A DNA stretch of 64,000 nucleotides from Octopus sinensis (lineage: Eukaryota). The translations under genes and the position numbers were made by a program. Where the stretch lies: assembly GCF_006345805.1 (NCBI RefSeq), contig NC_043006.1, positions 2,108,001 through 2,172,000 of the forward strand, read 5' to 3'. Below, piece by piece: positions 63,130-64,000 of the stretch; position 1 is the stretch's first letter; every line of letters begins with the position of its first letter. The notes beneath the pieces were generated by a model. That model was not told where the DNA came from and searched no databases. It saw only the letters and a list, made by a program, of their open reading frames with translations.

Positions 63130-63350
63130 GCAAAGTGTCCAAGAGAAATCCTCTTCACCAAACCAGCTCGGTGAGATTGCCATTTTGGTTGTTGACCTTG
63201 TAACCGGTTGTACTGGGTTACATGTTGCCAGTAGCACTTGAGAGTGACCTGACACAAGCAACTTCTCTTTGGCCAACTTCCAACAGGTAAGTCAGTTGGA
63301 AGGCCACTCTCAAGCTTCAAAGACAACAACCCATAGACTGTGGTCAAAGT
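63130..63350 (+). mobile_element. Degenerate BovB-like RTE fragment
   Basis: QLLFGQLPTGKSVGRPLSSFKD resembles the RTE/BovB C-terminal LLYGEL..GRP..FKD motif. Confidence 0.55.
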
Positions 63351-63762
63351 GCATCCAAGAAATTGACTTTATCAGATTTATCAATATTTATCTCTGACAT
63401 AATGAAATTAAAACATATTTCACAGTCACACATGTCTCACGTTTCTTTTGCGGTTCAATGTATATACTAGTCTCAAATTTTGGCTCAAGGCCTGAAGTTT
63501 TTGGGGAGAGGGAAAATTGATTACACCCACCCCAGCGTTCAACTGGTACTTATCTTATTGAGACAAATTTTCTATGGCTGGATACCTTTCCAGTTGCTAA
63601 CCCTTGTCTGTTTCCAAATGATGTAATTTTTCTTATGATCAGACATGATTTCTTGCAAGAATGGAAACAAAGGACACTACTGACATTAACATCTGTTTCA
63701 TAACTATCACATGATGTCAAAACAAGGAGACACAAATGCACAAACAGAGACACACGTACATG

Positions 63763-63794
<32 letters not shown>

Positions 63795-63814
63795 CACACG
63801 CACACACATGCATA

Positions 63815-64000
63815 CAGGGTGGCATCAAAAAGTTCCCAAACTAGTTATATTCAATAAAAAATAACTTATTAACCTAAGTTTTAATATCATTTCCTTCAAA
63901 ATAGACACCTTGCACAGCAATACACTGGTCCCAGCATTCCTGTCACTTTTGGAATCAAGCCTGGTAGTTGTTTTCTGTAAGTGAGTTGAGGATCACTTTG
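63815..64000 (-). mobile_element. Mariner 3' end, runs off the window
   Basis: TA|CAGGGTGGCATCAAAAAGTTCC terminus; minus strand ends ..CWDQCIAVQGVYFEGN*. Confidence 0.75.

Noticed and set aside
63270-63295. Strong plus-strand donor CAG|GTAAGT
   Set aside because: Lies inside a degenerate BovB-like fragment.

Overview
Eukaryotic, AT-rich, repeat-saturated genomic DNA. The repeat set ((TA)n/(TATG)n arrays, three or four tRNA-type SINE families, RTE and CR1-type LINEs) is most consistent with an octopod cephalopod; this is an inference from family resemblance, not a database match. Most ORFs in the supplied track are artefacts of microsatellites or antisense frames of transposons. Supported content: (i) one probable host terminal coding exon (13801-14421, +) with an AT-rich 3' UTR, plus weak candidate exons on the minus strand at 54-62 kb; (ii) two long RTE LINE copies whose ORF2 carries an internal PHD finger, plus many 3'-UTR-only copies; (iii) three CR1/L2-type LINE families and BovB-like RTE fragments; (iv) a Penelope-like element (RT C-terminus + GIY-YIG); (v) an ORF1-only L1/Tx1-like element with a CCHC knuckle; (vi) Tc1, mariner, hAT and Helitron remnants, and a 350-bp foldback. 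The most notable unannotated signal is three sequence-distinct type I hammerhead ribozyme motifs: an apparently intact one with a palindromic stem III (33393-33458, +), one in the Penelope 3' repeat (30781-30850, -) whose predicted cleavage site matches the element's inverted 5' junction, and a CpG-decayed fossil (61221-61326, +). Repeat boundaries were read by eye and are approximate to within tens of bases unless a TSD or terminus is stated.
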